Assembly (NCBI GenBank): GCA_050289505.1
Contig: JBNKFW010000017.1
Coordinates: 13,783-77,782, forward strand
Direction of reading: 5' to 3'
Length of the DNA stretch: 64,000 nucleotides
Origin: Opitutaceae bacterium
GTDB taxonomy: Bacteria; Verrucomicrobiota; Verrucomicrobiia; Opitutales; Opitutaceae
This document shows, piece by piece, positions 46,983 through 57,351 of the stretch. The notes beneath the pieces are model-generated. The model made no database searches and had not been told where the DNA came from. It saw only the letters and a list, made by a program, of their open reading frames with translations. The position numbers and the translations under genes are program-made. How positions within the stretch are numbered: position 1 is the stretch's first letter; each line of letters opens with the position of its first letter.

Positions 46983-49900
46983 CTATTGGTTCGCCTTGAT
47001 GCGAATGAAAATAGAGTCTGCGTTATCGAAGGTTTGAGTCGTGGTTAGCTGCAAGATGGTTGCCGTATCGATGGTTGCGGCAGCGTCTAGATCAGTCCAC
47101 GCCGCTAGGTCCGTTGACGATTCCAAGCTTAATGGAATTTCGGTTTTGGCGAAGCGAGGGATGTTTATCGAGAGGGTTCCGGACTCGTTGTATTGCAGGC
47201 TAGGAGGTGTGGGAACGGAGGCAGGATCCGATGGGTCGCTGCCGAGGGCGAATTCCATAAAGTTGGGCGCCCAGTCGAAATCTGGATTCGCGAGGGCTCC
47301 TTGATCCGCTTCGTCGCTTATGAAGCCAACGATCCAAGCGGAGAAAGCCGGATCGGCGAGCGGGTTAAATTCCGAGGATTGGAGGATCAAACCATTTCCG
47401 CCCACGGATATGAACGTATTTAAAAAGAAGATACGGTCGTTGATGAGTACGCCTGGATCTCCCGCTGGGCGCCAATTTTTGCCATCGGTGGAGAGCAAGT
47501 CTTGATAGGTGTTCTCGCCGACTTGCGCGTGAGCGGAGTACACGCCGTTTCCGTAGGCAAAGGTATGCGGCTCATAGGTGGCGGTGGGCTGGTTGTTTTG
47601 CCAAGTGAGTCCGTCGTCCTCCGAATAAAGGAGTCCGGCGGCGAAGCCCGAACCTAGCAGTTGTCCGTTAAGAAAATCCAAATTGGTGAGGCCATACCAG
47701 TCTAGCAGTCCAGTGTCCGCGGCGTTGACTCGAGTCCAATCGGTTCCGTTGGGGCTTCTGAGAATCGTGAGGCGCGCTGTGTTCGCGGCAGGGGCGAAAT
47801 TGTAGGCGCCGAGGATGAAGGAGGTTCCGGTCCATGTGACGGCGGCCCCGTTAGGCCCTCCGTTTTTCCAAGAGTCTACCGAGAATCCGAGGTCTACGAT
47901 CGACCAATTCCCGGCGGCGTCTCTAACGCGGACTTTCGCATCACTCTGGACGATGACGACTCGCTGGCTCGAAGGATCGTACGCCACGCTTTGGAATCCC
48001 CAGTTTTCGATCGATTCGGAGCTCTGGACTTCGAGGGACCAGCTTTCGCCATCTGTGGAAACGTAGGCTGTGCCCACTCGTTGCGAAGCGGAGAAGTCGG
48101 AGCCGATAGCGATGTATTCAGAGCCAGTCCAGAGCATCTCCGATATCTTGAGATTGCCGGCCCAAAACGGAAGGGATGCGTCGTTCCAAACGATGCCGTC
48201 GTCGGAGTAAAGGAAGACCCCTTGGTATCCGCCGGCAACGACTCTGTGCCCGTCGGTCGCAAGGGCCGTCAGATGGTAGGGTGTGTTGGACGTTCGGCTT
48301 GTGGTTTGGGATATGGGATCGTCGATCACCACCGTTGACTGCTGGCTGAAGGTCCCGCCCTTGCGATCCGAGACGGTAAGTTTAAGGGTGTAAGTTCCTC
48401 CAACCGGGAAAACGTGGTCAATGCTCTCGGAGCTCTCCTCTACGGTTCCGTCGCCAAAGTCCCAATGGTAAGCGAGGGAATCGCCATCCGGGTCGGAGCC
48501 GGTGAATGAAAAGGGGATGCCTGTTCGAGCGGTTCCGGTGGTGGCTGCGTTCAAGGTTCCGCTAGGTGCTTGGTTGCCAGAAAAGTTTCCGATGTTGATC
48601 GCTATGTCGAGATAGCTGCCCTGGGCGTCCTGTCCTGCAGCAAGGGGAGTGATATGGAGGCCTGAAGCGCTGTCCGAAAAGGTGCGGCCTAGGGCGAGGC
48701 CCGCGTCGCTCCTGCCTTCCGCGGAGCCCGGCGTGGTGTCGATCAACATCGATCGCGAATTGAAATTGGTTGGCCGCTCCCAAAGCAGGTAGGCCCCGTT
48801 GGCGAAGTTTGGAATCCCGGGATACATTTGCCGGTGCCCGATCCAGTAGTATTCGTCCGACCCGGATTTCGGCACGCGGATAGCCTGTATTCCCGTTGCG
48901 GATACGTTATCGAATGCGTAGACGCGATATATTCCGCTGTCAGAAGCGGTACTCAAGTCTTCGAGATTTGCGCTTCCCAACCATCCGAGGCGCATCTTTG
49001 CGGCCATGTGGAAATGCCCTTCTCTGATTTTGCCGTCCCCCATGACGTCGAAAATGTCGCCGTAGTCGATTTCGACCCCATTGGGATCGATCGGGTCGAG
49101 GGATTGCGCGTTATTGTAGTCGTGTTTCCAATAGGTGGCGTGCAGGAGGCCGTAGTTGTGCCCGAGTTCGTGCAGGATGGTTTCGGCGCTGACGTCGCTC
49201 TCTAGCCATTGCTCCCTGCCGCCGACAGAGGCGAGGCCCGCAAATTTGGTCCAGTCGGTATCGAGCTCCGGAAAGTTGACCGAGACGACGTCGTAAAGCG
49301 TACTGGGGTCTGGATTCCCGTCGGACATATAGGCTTGCACGGCCGCGTCGTGGAGGTCGTCGGTGTTGCTGAAGGTCGTACTGGCGGGAAGTTGGTAAGA
49401 GGAAGTGGATACGGTTACGTTGACTGTCGTTTTATTATAGGAATACTTTGCGAGATTCGGAGCGACGTTGTTGTCGACCAGGCTTTCGAGTTCCGCCTGA
49501 GTATAGGGCGTTCCTGGGAGGTCGGCGAAATCGACGCGAATGATCAAGTAATCTCGCACTTCGTCAGTCGGGGGGAGGGCTGCGGCTTCTTGGGCGGCGA
49601 AGAAGGCGCCCGCATTGAACGTCTCCGTATTTTGGGCGAGCTTCGCGAGGAGAGCTCCACTGCCGAGGTGGAGCCCTGGCTTTCCGTCGAGGTGGGCGAG
49701 TTTCGTTTCCAGCGCGGCCGCGGATTCGGGGCTTGAGAAGAGAAAGCGGTAGCCGCCGGAAATTGCGGTAACGGGGGAGCTTCCCAGAGATTGCCCCGTG
49801 AGGAAGTCGCTTGCGGCATCGCTGTTGGCGAGTGGTAGCTGCTGGTTTGCCCACGCGATGTCGTCGCCTTCGAGGATCTGGAAAATCGCGGGGCGAATCG

Positions 49901-50432
49901 CGGCTGCTCCGTTTAGCTCGATGCCTTGGATCGGCGTTGCCTCTTTCGAGAGCTCCAAGCGAGGGCTGGAGGAATTAGGGATGTGGATCCGGTGTCCATC
50001 GGAGCGTTTGATCGAATGCTGCAGGTGGTTGGGCTCCGCTTCGTGATCGCACACGATGAGGACGCGGTAGTCGGCCGTTTCAGTGAAGGGACGCTCCACG
50101 AGGGCTTGGATTTGCTCTGGGAGGGCCGCGTACTCGGCGTAACTAAATGCGAGCTCGAGCGCTCGCTCCGGATCGCTGGCGATGAGCTCGCTCATGGCCT
50201 GGGAGCGTTCGTGGGCGAGTTTCAGGAGTGGTGCGTCTTCGCCCTGGTGGGTTGTCGCCTTTTCCAACAGTTCCTGCGTGTTTTCTTGAAGGGAGCGGGA
50301 CACGTTTGTGAGTTTGTCCGGCTCGCTGCCGGATGGATGGCTGTTTCGCGGGTCGCCCGAGTAGAAGAGCAGGGCGATCAATACGAGGGCGAGAGCGAGG
50401 AGTGCAGAGGCTTTGGCGCGAGGTTGATTCAT
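46983..50432 (-). CDS. Secreted zinc metallopeptidase (M6/M11-like) with PKD domain and beta-propeller-like repeats
   Basis: HELGHNYGLLH. PKD motif YHWDFGDG...GTYTLKLTVSD. SxDGxxW repeats. C-terminal NFMEFALGSDP. Confidence 0.85.
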   Translation of the reverse strand: MNQPRAKASALLALALVLIALLFYSGDPRNSHPSGSEPDKLTNVSRSLQENTQELLEKATTHQGEDAPLLKLAHERSQAMSELIASDPERALELAFSYAEYAALPEQIQALVERPFTETADYRVLIVCDHEAEPNHLQHSIKRSDGHRIHIPNSSSPRLELSKEATPIQGIELNGAAAIRPAIFQILEGDDIAWANQQLPLANSDAASDFLTGQSLGSSPVTAISGGYRFLFSSPESAAALETKLAHLDGKPGLHLGSGALLAKLAQNTETFNAGAFFAAQEAAALPPTDEVRDYLIIRVDFADLPGTPYTQAELESLVDNNVAPNLAKYSYNKTTVNVTVSTSSYQLPASTTFSNTDDLHDAAVQAYMSDGNPDPSTLYDVVSVNFPELDTDWTKFAGLASVGGREQWLESDVSAETILHELGHNYGLLHATYWKHDYNNAQSLDPIDPNGVEIDYGDIFDVMGDGKIREGHFHMAAKMRLGWLGSANLEDLSTASDSGIYRVYAFDNVSATGIQAIRVPKSGSDEYYWIGHRQMYPGIPNFANGAYLLWERPTNFNSRSMLIDTTPGSAEGRSDAGLALGRTFSDSASGLHITPLAAGQDAQGSYLDIAINIGNFSGNQAPSGTLNAATTGTARTGIPFSFTGSDPDGDSLAYHWDFGDGTVEESSESIDHVFPVGGTYTLKLTVSDRKGGTFSQQSTVVIDDPISQTTSRTSNTPYHLTALATDGHRVVAGGYQGVFLYSDDGIVWNDASLPFWAGNLKISEMLWTGSEYIAIGSDFSASQRVGTAYVSTDGESWSLEVQSSESIENWGFQSVAYDPSSQRVVIVQSDAKVRVRDAAGNWSIVDLGFSVDSWKNGGPNGAAVTWTGTSFILGAYNFAPAANTARLTILRSPNGTDWTRVNAADTGLLDWYGLTNLDFLNGQLLGSGFAAGLLYSEDDGLTWQNNQPTATYEPHTFAYGNGVYSAHAQVGENTYQDLLSTDGKNWRPAGDPGVLINDRIFFLNTFISVGGNGLILQSSEFNPLADPAFSAWIVGFISDEADQGALANPDFDWAPNFMEFALGSDPSDPASVPTPPSLQYNESGTLSINIPRFAKTEIPLSLESSTDLAAWTDLDAAATIDTATILQLTTTQTFDNADSIFIRIKANQ

Positions 50433-50608
50433 CGTTTTTTGAGCTGCTGGTTCACTGGTAGCGAGGCAGACGACTAAGCGTTCAGGTGTCGTTGGGGCTA
50501 ACGGCAGATATAAGCTATCGGAATTCCCGGGATTTACAACGACTAATGGCTGTCCTTCCTATAGCAGATTGGGCGAATTTGCTTTTGCAGCGGGTGGGTT
50601 AGCCTAGG

Positions 50609-51832
50609 GTGGCCGAGATGACACCTGACGCAGAGAAGATTAAGAGAACTTTTCGCTGGGATTGCGTGCGGGGAGGATTGTCGGGGATCGTCGAAACAGG
50701 GTACGGCGGGTTTGCGCTTATCGTGGCGATTGGCTACTTTCAGGCTCCCGATTTCGTTAAGGGTATAATCGCGGCGGCGGGTCCTTTGGGGCTCTTATGC
50801 ACTCCCGTCAGCCTGAGCCTTTTTTCCCGATCCGGGTATTCCGCCAGCCGCTTGGCTTCTCTAATTGCCTATGCGTCTGGCATTTCGCTCTTGGTCGCGA
50901 GTTTCGCGACGTCGCTGCTCGGGTTCCTGATCCCTGCCTGTTTGGCTTTTGCCCTGTCAGCCCAGTCCATGCCGTTGCTGGTTCAAATTTGGACCTTCAA
51001 CTATCCTTCCAACAAGCGTGGCGCCTATCTTTCCATCAGCATGATGGCGAATGTCGCGGCGGCGTTTTGCTTCAGCGTACTGGGAGGGTGGATACTCGAT
51101 GCGGATATCGACTACTACCAGTGGGTATTCGGGACGATCGCGATTGCTTACTTGCTCACCGGATTTGCCGTATCTCGGATTCCTTCGCACCCCGTGCAAA
51201 AAGGGGCAGCTCAAAATCCGCTTCGCAACTTGAGGTACGCCATTGAGGATAAAAAATTTGGGATTCTTCTGCTTAGTTGGATGTTTTTGGGCTTCGGCAA
51301 TTTGATGGTCCTGCCGTTGCGAGTCGAATACCTGCTGCAGCCTGAATTTGGAATCGTGGCGAGCAAGCTGACGGTGATGATGGTGACGATCGCAATCCCG
51401 GCTGGCTTTCGTTTTTTGACTTCCAGAATTTGGGGTTACTTGTTTGACCACCTGGACTTCATGCTGCTGCGAATCGTCCTTAATACGATGATCATGCTCT
51501 CGATCATCCTGTTCTTATCGACGACAAATATGTGGATGATCATTGCTTCCGCCGCGGTCCTCGGGACGGCGATGGCTGGAGCGAATATTTCCTGGAGCCT
51601 TTGGGTCACCAAATTCGCAAAGCCGGAACGGGCTCCGTCTTACATGAGCGTGCACACCTTCACTACCGGATTTCGAGGTATCCTAGCGCCGTTTCTTGGA
51701 TTTTACCTTATCTCGAATTTTGGAGCTTCTAAGACGGCGGTGGTCGGTTCCACGCTGGTTTTCATCTCGATCGTAATCGTCGCGGCCATGTATGCCACTT
51801 TGCGAAAGCGCGGCCGCCCGGTTCAGGTTTAG
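50609..51832 (+). CDS. MFS transporter
   Basis: About 12 TM helices. YPSNKRG and WGYLFDH loop motifs. Confidence 0.85.
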   Translation: MAEMTPDAEKIKRTFRWDCVRGGLSGIVETGYGGFALIVAIGYFQAPDFVKGIIAAAGPLGLLCTPVSLSLFSRSGYSASRLASLIAYASGISLLVASFATSLLGFLIPACLAFALSAQSMPLLVQIWTFNYPSNKRGAYLSISMMANVAAAFCFSVLGGWILDADIDYYQWVFGTIAIAYLLTGFAVSRIPSHPVQKGAAQNPLRNLRYAIEDKKFGILLLSWMFLGFGNLMVLPLRVEYLLQPEFGIVASKLTVMMVTIAIPAGFRFLTSRIWGYLFDHLDFMLLRIVLNTMIMLSIILFLSTTNMWMIIASAAVLGTAMAGANISWSLWVTKFAKPERAPSYMSVHTFTTGFRGILAPFLGFYLISNFGASKTAVVGSTLVFISIVIVAAMYATLRKRGRPVQV

Positions 51833-51851
51833 CTGGTTGGGATTTGGGCGC

Positions 51852-51882
51852 AAAAAAACGCCTCCCATGCAGGAGGCGTTTT
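51852..51882. terminator. Bidirectional terminator
   Basis: AAAAAAACGCCTCC-CATGCA-GGAGGCGTTTT. Confidence 0.85.
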
Positions 51883-51907
51883 CAAAGTCGTACGTTAGAG
51901 AGTTGGC

Positions 51908-52243
51908 TTAGCTCTTAAACTTGAATGGCACGTTGATCTTGCAGGCGATTGCGGAGCCATCCTTTTTTGCGGGATTGAAACGCCACTGCTTTACTGCGTC
52001 GAGTACCTGGGAATCTAGGGCAGCATCTGTGGACTTGCTGATTTCCGCCCCGACCACGAATCCCTTTTCGTCGATGTTGATCGTCGCCATCACCATACCG
52101 GTAAGCTTGTTGGGATTATCAGGGGCTACGCTTTTCTTTACCGATGGTTGTTCGTCCCAGTCTGCAGCGTTGACAGAGGGGAGAAGAGTGAAGGCTAGCG
52201 CGGCAAGCAAGAACGCGTGTATCGCTGTCTTAAATTTTTTCAT
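51908..52243 (-). CDS. Stand-alone TonB C-terminal domain protein
   Basis: GMVMATINIDEKGFV, LDAVKQWRFNPAKKDG and VPFKF. Confidence 0.85.
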   Translation of the reverse strand: MKKFKTAIHAFLLAALAFTLLPSVNAADWDEQPSVKKSVAPDNPNKLTGMVMATINIDEKGFVVGAEISKSTDAALDSQVLDAVKQWRFNPAKKDGSAIACKINVPFKFKS

Positions 52244-52719
52244 GGTAGTTAATATACGGTTGATTGTGTGATGATGGGATTTTCGGCAGGAAATTGTTAA
52301 TCTAACGCCACTTCTAAAAACGGTTGCACGTTACTTTTCCGTAGCGAAAAGATGGCAAAGCATGGAAAAAAATGAGGGAAAGACCTCCTTTAACGCTAAA
52401 AAATTTCATTCCCGTGAATTGATAGGTAGCAGCCCTCAATAGCCTTATGCGCAACACTCTCTAAGCACGTACGACGATTGTTCTTCGGCAACTGGCCGTG
52501 GGTCCTCGAACACCAGTGATTTCGACCAATGCGATCGATGTGTCGTAGCAAGTCGTCCCTCCAATCGCCGATCTTTGCAGGAACCGGTTCTCCCGCAAAA
52601 TGCGGATGACCCAAAGATTATGGATACGCCCCATTTCCTACAGCTTCGTGGGCGGCGATCGCGCTTGTTGAGTCGATTTTGTGCGTGTAAAATTTTCACT
52701 GCCTGCAAGGATGCGGCTA

Positions 52720-55344
52720 ATGAAATTGCTTCGGGTTTACCTGTTGTCCGCAATGGCGGTGTTCTTCCTGGCCTGTACGGCGCAATCCGCGAAAGAAAAA
52801 GCGGCTCCACCGCTAAAGGTGGCGGAAAAGACTCGGGTGGTCATTCCCAAAGCTGGATTGGGGAAGATGTATATGCTTTCCACCTCGATCATCCCACAGT
52901 CGGGCGCCGCCACGAGCAACGGCCTAATCGGCCGCGTCGTTTTCTTCGAGCAATTCGAGGACGGCCTCGACCTGTACGAAACGACGCAAGGGCAAGTCGT
53001 CACCAACGATCTCCCCACGCGTCGCTTGTTGGCCACGTTTCCGATTCTCGATGACTCGGGCAGCGACATTGTAATCGACTTCAACGCAGGGATGCGACGA
53101 CTCGGCTACGGCGAATGGTATAGTTTGGACGAGCAATTCAACTCCCGGGTTTGGGAGCGAAGCGCGGAGCTGCCTCAAGCGCGTGTGTTTGAGGTGAAGG
53201 CGAAGGACGGCGTACTCGCTATCCGGCAAGCGGTGCATGCTCGAAGCCGGGAAAATGATCCGGATTTGGAGTCTCGCTATGAGATCCGCTATTTTCTGAC
53301 TCCCTACCAAAGCAGCGACTTTGAACCCAAAGAGATCAATCCTGAAGAAAACCGCTACCTTCGTTTCTTCGAATCCCCGGGCTTGCTCGAGCTCGAGTCG
53401 GGCCGTTTGACGAAAAAGATTAACCGCTTCGACGATTCCAAGCCGCTTGTTTTCTATCTCAGCGCGAATACGCCGGAGCGGATTCAAGAGTCGATAAAGG
53501 AAGGGATTCTCTATTGGAACAAAGTGTTCGGCAAAACCATCGTGGAAGCGCGAGTCGCGCCGGAGGGAGCGACCGCTCCAGATCCCGGAATGAACATCGT
53601 ACAATGGGTCCCCTGGGATTCCGCAGGTTTCGCCTATGCCGACGCCCTCATCGATCCGCTAACGGGAGAAACGCTAAGGGGGCAGGCCTATTTGACGAGT
53701 GTATTCGATTTTGGAGGACAAGTCCGCGCCCGCATGTTATTGCGCTCGCTCAGGGCGATGATCGACGACTCGGATAAAGACAAGGACGACAAGGACGACG
53801 GCGACAATGGCGAAGACAAACACGGGGCGCATGCGGGCTCAATTGAATGTAGCTTCGACCGGATTGAATACGCGATGAAGTTGGCGGAAGGCTTGGAAGA
53901 GCTCCTCTCCGATCCCAAGTTGACGGATGAAGCGGTTTTGAAGATCGCCAACGCCTACGTGCGCGACGTCACGGCGCATGAAGTCGGGCACGTCCTAGGA
54001 CTCAGGCACAACTTTGCGGCCAGTCTAGACGCGACCATTACTCCAATCGAATTGGATGCGTTCATGCAGGACTACATCGCAGGAGCGGATTTGACCAAGT
54101 ACGCGGATAAGAGCGTATCGACCAGCGTGATGGAGTATTCAGTTTTCAATGCATCTGTTTTCACGGGCTGGATGATCAAGAACGGAAACGAGGCCCTGCC
54201 TTACGATATCGCTGCCATTCGCTTTGGCTATTTCGACGATGCGAAAATCTTGGAAGAGAATCTCAGTTTTGGATCGGAAGAGGAAACTGAGGTCTACGCG
54301 GACGTGGTGCGCTTCGACTATGGTGCAAATCCTATAGCAAGCAATTACCGCGATCTTTCGGCGGCGATTACCAATTTACCGAACTCTGTGATCGAGCGCT
54401 TCATCAGCGGGCGAGCTCCACTGGACCCTCGTGACCGGAAGTCGCTGGAAGCCGTTAATCTGGAAGTCAGTAGCTACGCGTCGCGATTTTCGGAGCCGAT
54501 CAAGGAACTGCTCAAGTGGTTCGACAAGTCGACCCGGTCTATCGCTATCGAGAAGGAGTTTAAGTATATCGGAGACATCAACCAGGACGAACGTTGGGAA
54601 GCTCACTGGAAAGCTCTCAACGAAAACCTGAAGGCTTTAGGCGGAGTGGACCAGGTCATGTTCGCCCATCTTCCGATCGAGTTAAGTCTCGATACGAAGA
54701 GTAAGATCGAAGGCATCGAAAAGGCTCCTAAACTAGATGCGAAGAGCTTGAAAGAGTCTCTTAAGAAGCTGCTTGATTCAGAATCCTACGCGACCTTTGT
54801 CGGACTGGACGGAAAGTCCTACACATGGACCGACGAAGAAAAGAAGACGATAATCGAACGTAGCAGCGTGCTTTTCGAGAAACTGGAGGAAGAGGTCCTG
54901 CTGCAAACCTTGAAACTGTTCGAAAAAGCGCCTCGCGATTTGGGATTGGCCGCGGCGGGAAACCTGTCTGACGACGATAGCGTTGCCATCCTGGAGAAGC
55001 GTATCGTCGAACTCGCGAAGTCCGTTATCATGAAGAAGTCCAAAGAGCTGCGCATTAAGGGGAAGGTGAATAAGGCGTACGTCGAAGTTTCTGATTTTGA
55101 ATACGACTTCGAAACGAGGATGGCGGCTGCGACCGCTCTCAACGACAAGACCGGTTCCTTCGAATTCTGGTCCAAGGAAGCTAAACAATCCCTGCATGCA
55201 GATTTGAAGAGCGAAGTTGAAGACTCCTTGAACATCGGACTTTTCAAGGATTTCGATGATAAGATGCTTTCTCGCTCCTTGCGCGAGTGGTACCTGCAAC
55301 AGCAAAATCTGTTGAAACTGCTGCCGCCAGCTCCGAAGCAATAG
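52720..55344 (+). CDS. Zinc-dependent metalloprotease (EcxA/DUF4953-like Met-zincin), probable lipoprotein
   Basis: HEVGHVLGLRHNF, SVMEY Met-turn, GILYWN and lipobox-like FLAC. Confidence 0.88.
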   Translation: MKLLRVYLLSAMAVFFLACTAQSAKEKAAPPLKVAEKTRVVIPKAGLGKMYMLSTSIIPQSGAATSNGLIGRVVFFEQFEDGLDLYETTQGQVVTNDLPTRRLLATFPILDDSGSDIVIDFNAGMRRLGYGEWYSLDEQFNSRVWERSAELPQARVFEVKAKDGVLAIRQAVHARSRENDPDLESRYEIRYFLTPYQSSDFEPKEINPEENRYLRFFESPGLLELESGRLTKKINRFDDSKPLVFYLSANTPERIQESIKEGILYWNKVFGKTIVEARVAPEGATAPDPGMNIVQWVPWDSAGFAYADALIDPLTGETLRGQAYLTSVFDFGGQVRARMLLRSLRAMIDDSDKDKDDKDDGDNGEDKHGAHAGSIECSFDRIEYAMKLAEGLEELLSDPKLTDEAVLKIANAYVRDVTAHEVGHVLGLRHNFAASLDATITPIELDAFMQDYIAGADLTKYADKSVSTSVMEYSVFNASVFTGWMIKNGNEALPYDIAAIRFGYFDDAKILEENLSFGSEEETEVYADVVRFDYGANPIASNYRDLSAAITNLPNSVIERFISGRAPLDPRDRKSLEAVNLEVSSYASRFSEPIKELLKWFDKSTRSIAIEKEFKYIGDINQDERWEAHWKALNENLKALGGVDQVMFAHLPIELSLDTKSKIEGIEKAPKLDAKSLKESLKKLLDSESYATFVGLDGKSYTWTDEEKKTIIERSSVLFEKLEEEVLLQTLKLFEKAPRDLGLAAAGNLSDDDSVAILEKRIVELAKSVIMKKSKELRIKGKVNKAYVEVSDFEYDFETRMAAATALNDKTGSFEFWSKEAKQSLHADLKSEVEDSLNIGLFKDFDDKMLSRSLREWYLQQQNLLKLLPPAPKQ

Positions 55345-55368
55345 CGGTCGAGGAGCGGGAATGCCCGA

Positions 55369-55425
55369 GGGTGGGACGAGCGCTCCACGCGCGTCCTGAT
55401 CGCCCGGCGGAGCGGCCGATCCACC
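55369..55425. repeat. Inverted doublet of GGTGG-type REP-like sequences
   Basis: GGGTGGGACGAGCGCTCCACGCGCGTCC and CGCCCGGCGGAGCGGCCGATCCACC. Confidence 0.65.
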
Positions 55426-55501
55426 GGCGTTGGGGGATCGGGATTGAGGATAACGCATGCGGCGAGTTGACTTTACCTTTTAATTCCTACATTTGTAGGA
55501 A

Positions 55502-55918
55502 ATGAAAACGCGAATGATAGAAGGGGAGTCTGAAACGACTGAGATCAATATTTCCCCATTGATCGATATGGTATTCATCTTGTTGATTTTCTTCATCGTC
55601 ACGACGGTATTCGTTGAAGAAAACGGCCTTGGCATCGAAACGCCGGTTCCAACTCCCATTGTGGATTCTCCGGATGCGGAACCCTTCGTAATTCGCATTT
55701 CCGAAGGAGGAGCGGTCTTTCTCGGGAATCGTGAAATCGGGCAACAAGGAGTCGCTTCCGCTATCTTAAACGCGAGGAATGAAGGTTCTCTGGAATCCGT
55801 CACGGTCGAAGTCCACGAGAAGACGAAAGTCGCGGCGGTGGCGCAGGTGCTGGACACCTGCGCTGCGCTCAAAGTGGAAAAGGTCGTCACGAAGACGAGC
55901 CAGGAGCAAACGCAGTAA
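55502..55918 (+). CDS. exbD: Biopolymer transporter ExbD/TolR
   Basis: INISPLIDMVFILLIFFIVTT. Confidence 0.9.
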   Translation: MKTRMIEGESETTEINISPLIDMVFILLIFFIVTTVFVEENGLGIETPVPTPIVDSPDAEPFVIRISEGGAVFLGNREIGQQGVASAILNARNEGSLESVTVEVHEKTKVAAVAQVLDTCAALKVEKVVTKTSQEQTQ

Positions 55919-55941
55919 ACGTCTCCTGGCTTGCGTCTTTG

Positions 55942-56685
55942 TTACCGCGCTACTTCTCGAGCGCGTCGCTGCGCATAGGCGTCGCGAACGGATGAATACG
56001 GATCGATTGAAGAACGACGCATGGAATCGTAGAGCTCCATAAGCGCTGGCATCTTGTTGGTGATTTCGAGAGCGCGAATGGCTAAGCGCCAGGTGCTGTC
56101 GTCGATTTGGCTCCAAGGCGTTTGAATCGGCTCGACGGCTCCATCTGCGAAGTCGCCAACGAAATCTCGAACGCTGGTGGGTCCCATAAATGGCATGACG
56201 ATATAGAAACCATGACCGATTCCCCAGCTGCCGAAGGCTTGGCCGATATCTTCCGAATTGGTTTGTAGGTTTTCCCAATCGTCGCTTGGACGGAAAATGC
56301 CTCCGATGCCGATGGTTGTGTTGAGCACGAACTTTCCAGTTTCCCTCCCGGCCTGCTTAAACTTGCCTTGCAAGACATTGCCGGCAAATCGGGACGGGAA
56401 CTTCAGGTTCACGAAGACGTTTGCTAAGCCGCGTTCTACGCGGTCGGGCATGAAGCCCGCATAGACTTTGGCTACGGGACGGGCGACCTTATTGTAGACA
56501 CCGTCATTGAAGTTGAAGATCGCTCGGTTAAGAGGCTCAAGCGGATCGTGAATCGAAACGGTCGATTGCTCCTCGAAGTCGTCCTCGAAAAGATCGTTCA
56601 GATCGATGCCTTCATCCTGACTAAAGGCGAGCGAGGTAACAGCTGTCGCCAATAGGATAATGCTAGTGAGTGGTTGGAGTCTCAT
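55942..56685 (-). CDS. mlaA: VacJ/MlaA family protein
   Basis: DPLEPLNRAIFNFN, EDIGQAFGSWG, PFMGPTSVRD and DPYSSVRDAY. Confidence 0.92.
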   Translation of the reverse strand: MRLQPLTSIILLATAVTSLAFSQDEGIDLNDLFEDDFEEQSTVSIHDPLEPLNRAIFNFNDGVYNKVARPVAKVYAGFMPDRVERGLANVFVNLKFPSRFAGNVLQGKFKQAGRETGKFVLNTTIGIGGIFRPSDDWENLQTNSEDIGQAFGSWGIGHGFYIVMPFMGPTSVRDFVGDFADGAVEPIQTPWSQIDDSTWRLAIRALEITNKMPALMELYDSMRRSSIDPYSSVRDAYAQRRAREVAR

Positions 56686-56700
56686 CGCTGTGATGCTTCC

Positions 56701-57300
56701 TTATTCGGCGAGCTTACCTTCTAGAAGTTTCAGAAGGTCGCTTGCAGACTTCGTTTGGAAGTGTTCATCGAATTGCTTTCGGTAGTTTGATACCATGCTG
56801 ACGCCTTCGATCAGGACATCGTATACCATCCATCCGTGATTCTTAATATTGGCCAGGCGGTAGCTCACTGAAACGAAATTGCTCTTATAGCGAACGCTTG
56901 TGACGATCTCTATTTTGTTGGATCCAAGATTATCGGTTTTAACGATAGATATATTGGGCTTGGGACCGTTTTCGAGTTCTCTGGTGTAGGCGCGTATCAA
57001 CAAATCGGATATGAGATTTGTGATCTGATCCTGTTGCGGTTCGGAGAGGCGATTCCAGTTTCTTCCAAGCGCTCTGCGAATGATGGTATCGAAGGAGAAG
57101 CGCTCTTTGAGAAGCGTGAGTATCTTGCTGCGCTTTTCTTCTTGCGAGAATTGTTGTTGGTCGGCGTGCAATATGTCGAGTACCTCGGATATCGTCTGCT
57201 CGAGCAGTTCTTCCGGCGTATCCTGCGCGTTCACGGCCGGTTGGGCAATGAAGGCGATGGTAATTGCAGCGAGGGAGCTGAGGAGGGTTTTTAAGCTCAT
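56701..57300 (-). CDS. mlaC: MlaC/Ttg2D phospholipid-binding protein
   Basis: ALGRNW and WMVYDVLIEGVSMVSNYRKQF. Confidence 0.92.
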   Translation of the reverse strand: MSLKTLLSSLAAITIAFIAQPAVNAQDTPEELLEQTISEVLDILHADQQQFSQEEKRSKILTLLKERFSFDTIIRRALGRNWNRLSEPQQDQITNLISDLLIRAYTRELENGPKPNISIVKTDNLGSNKIEIVTSVRYKSNFVSVSYRLANIKNHGWMVYDVLIEGVSMVSNYRKQFDEHFQTKSASDLLKLLEGKLAE

Positions 57301-57351
57301 CGTAGTTTGTAGTTGGTCAGTTGAACGAGTTCGGGACCGGGTTGACTGAGT

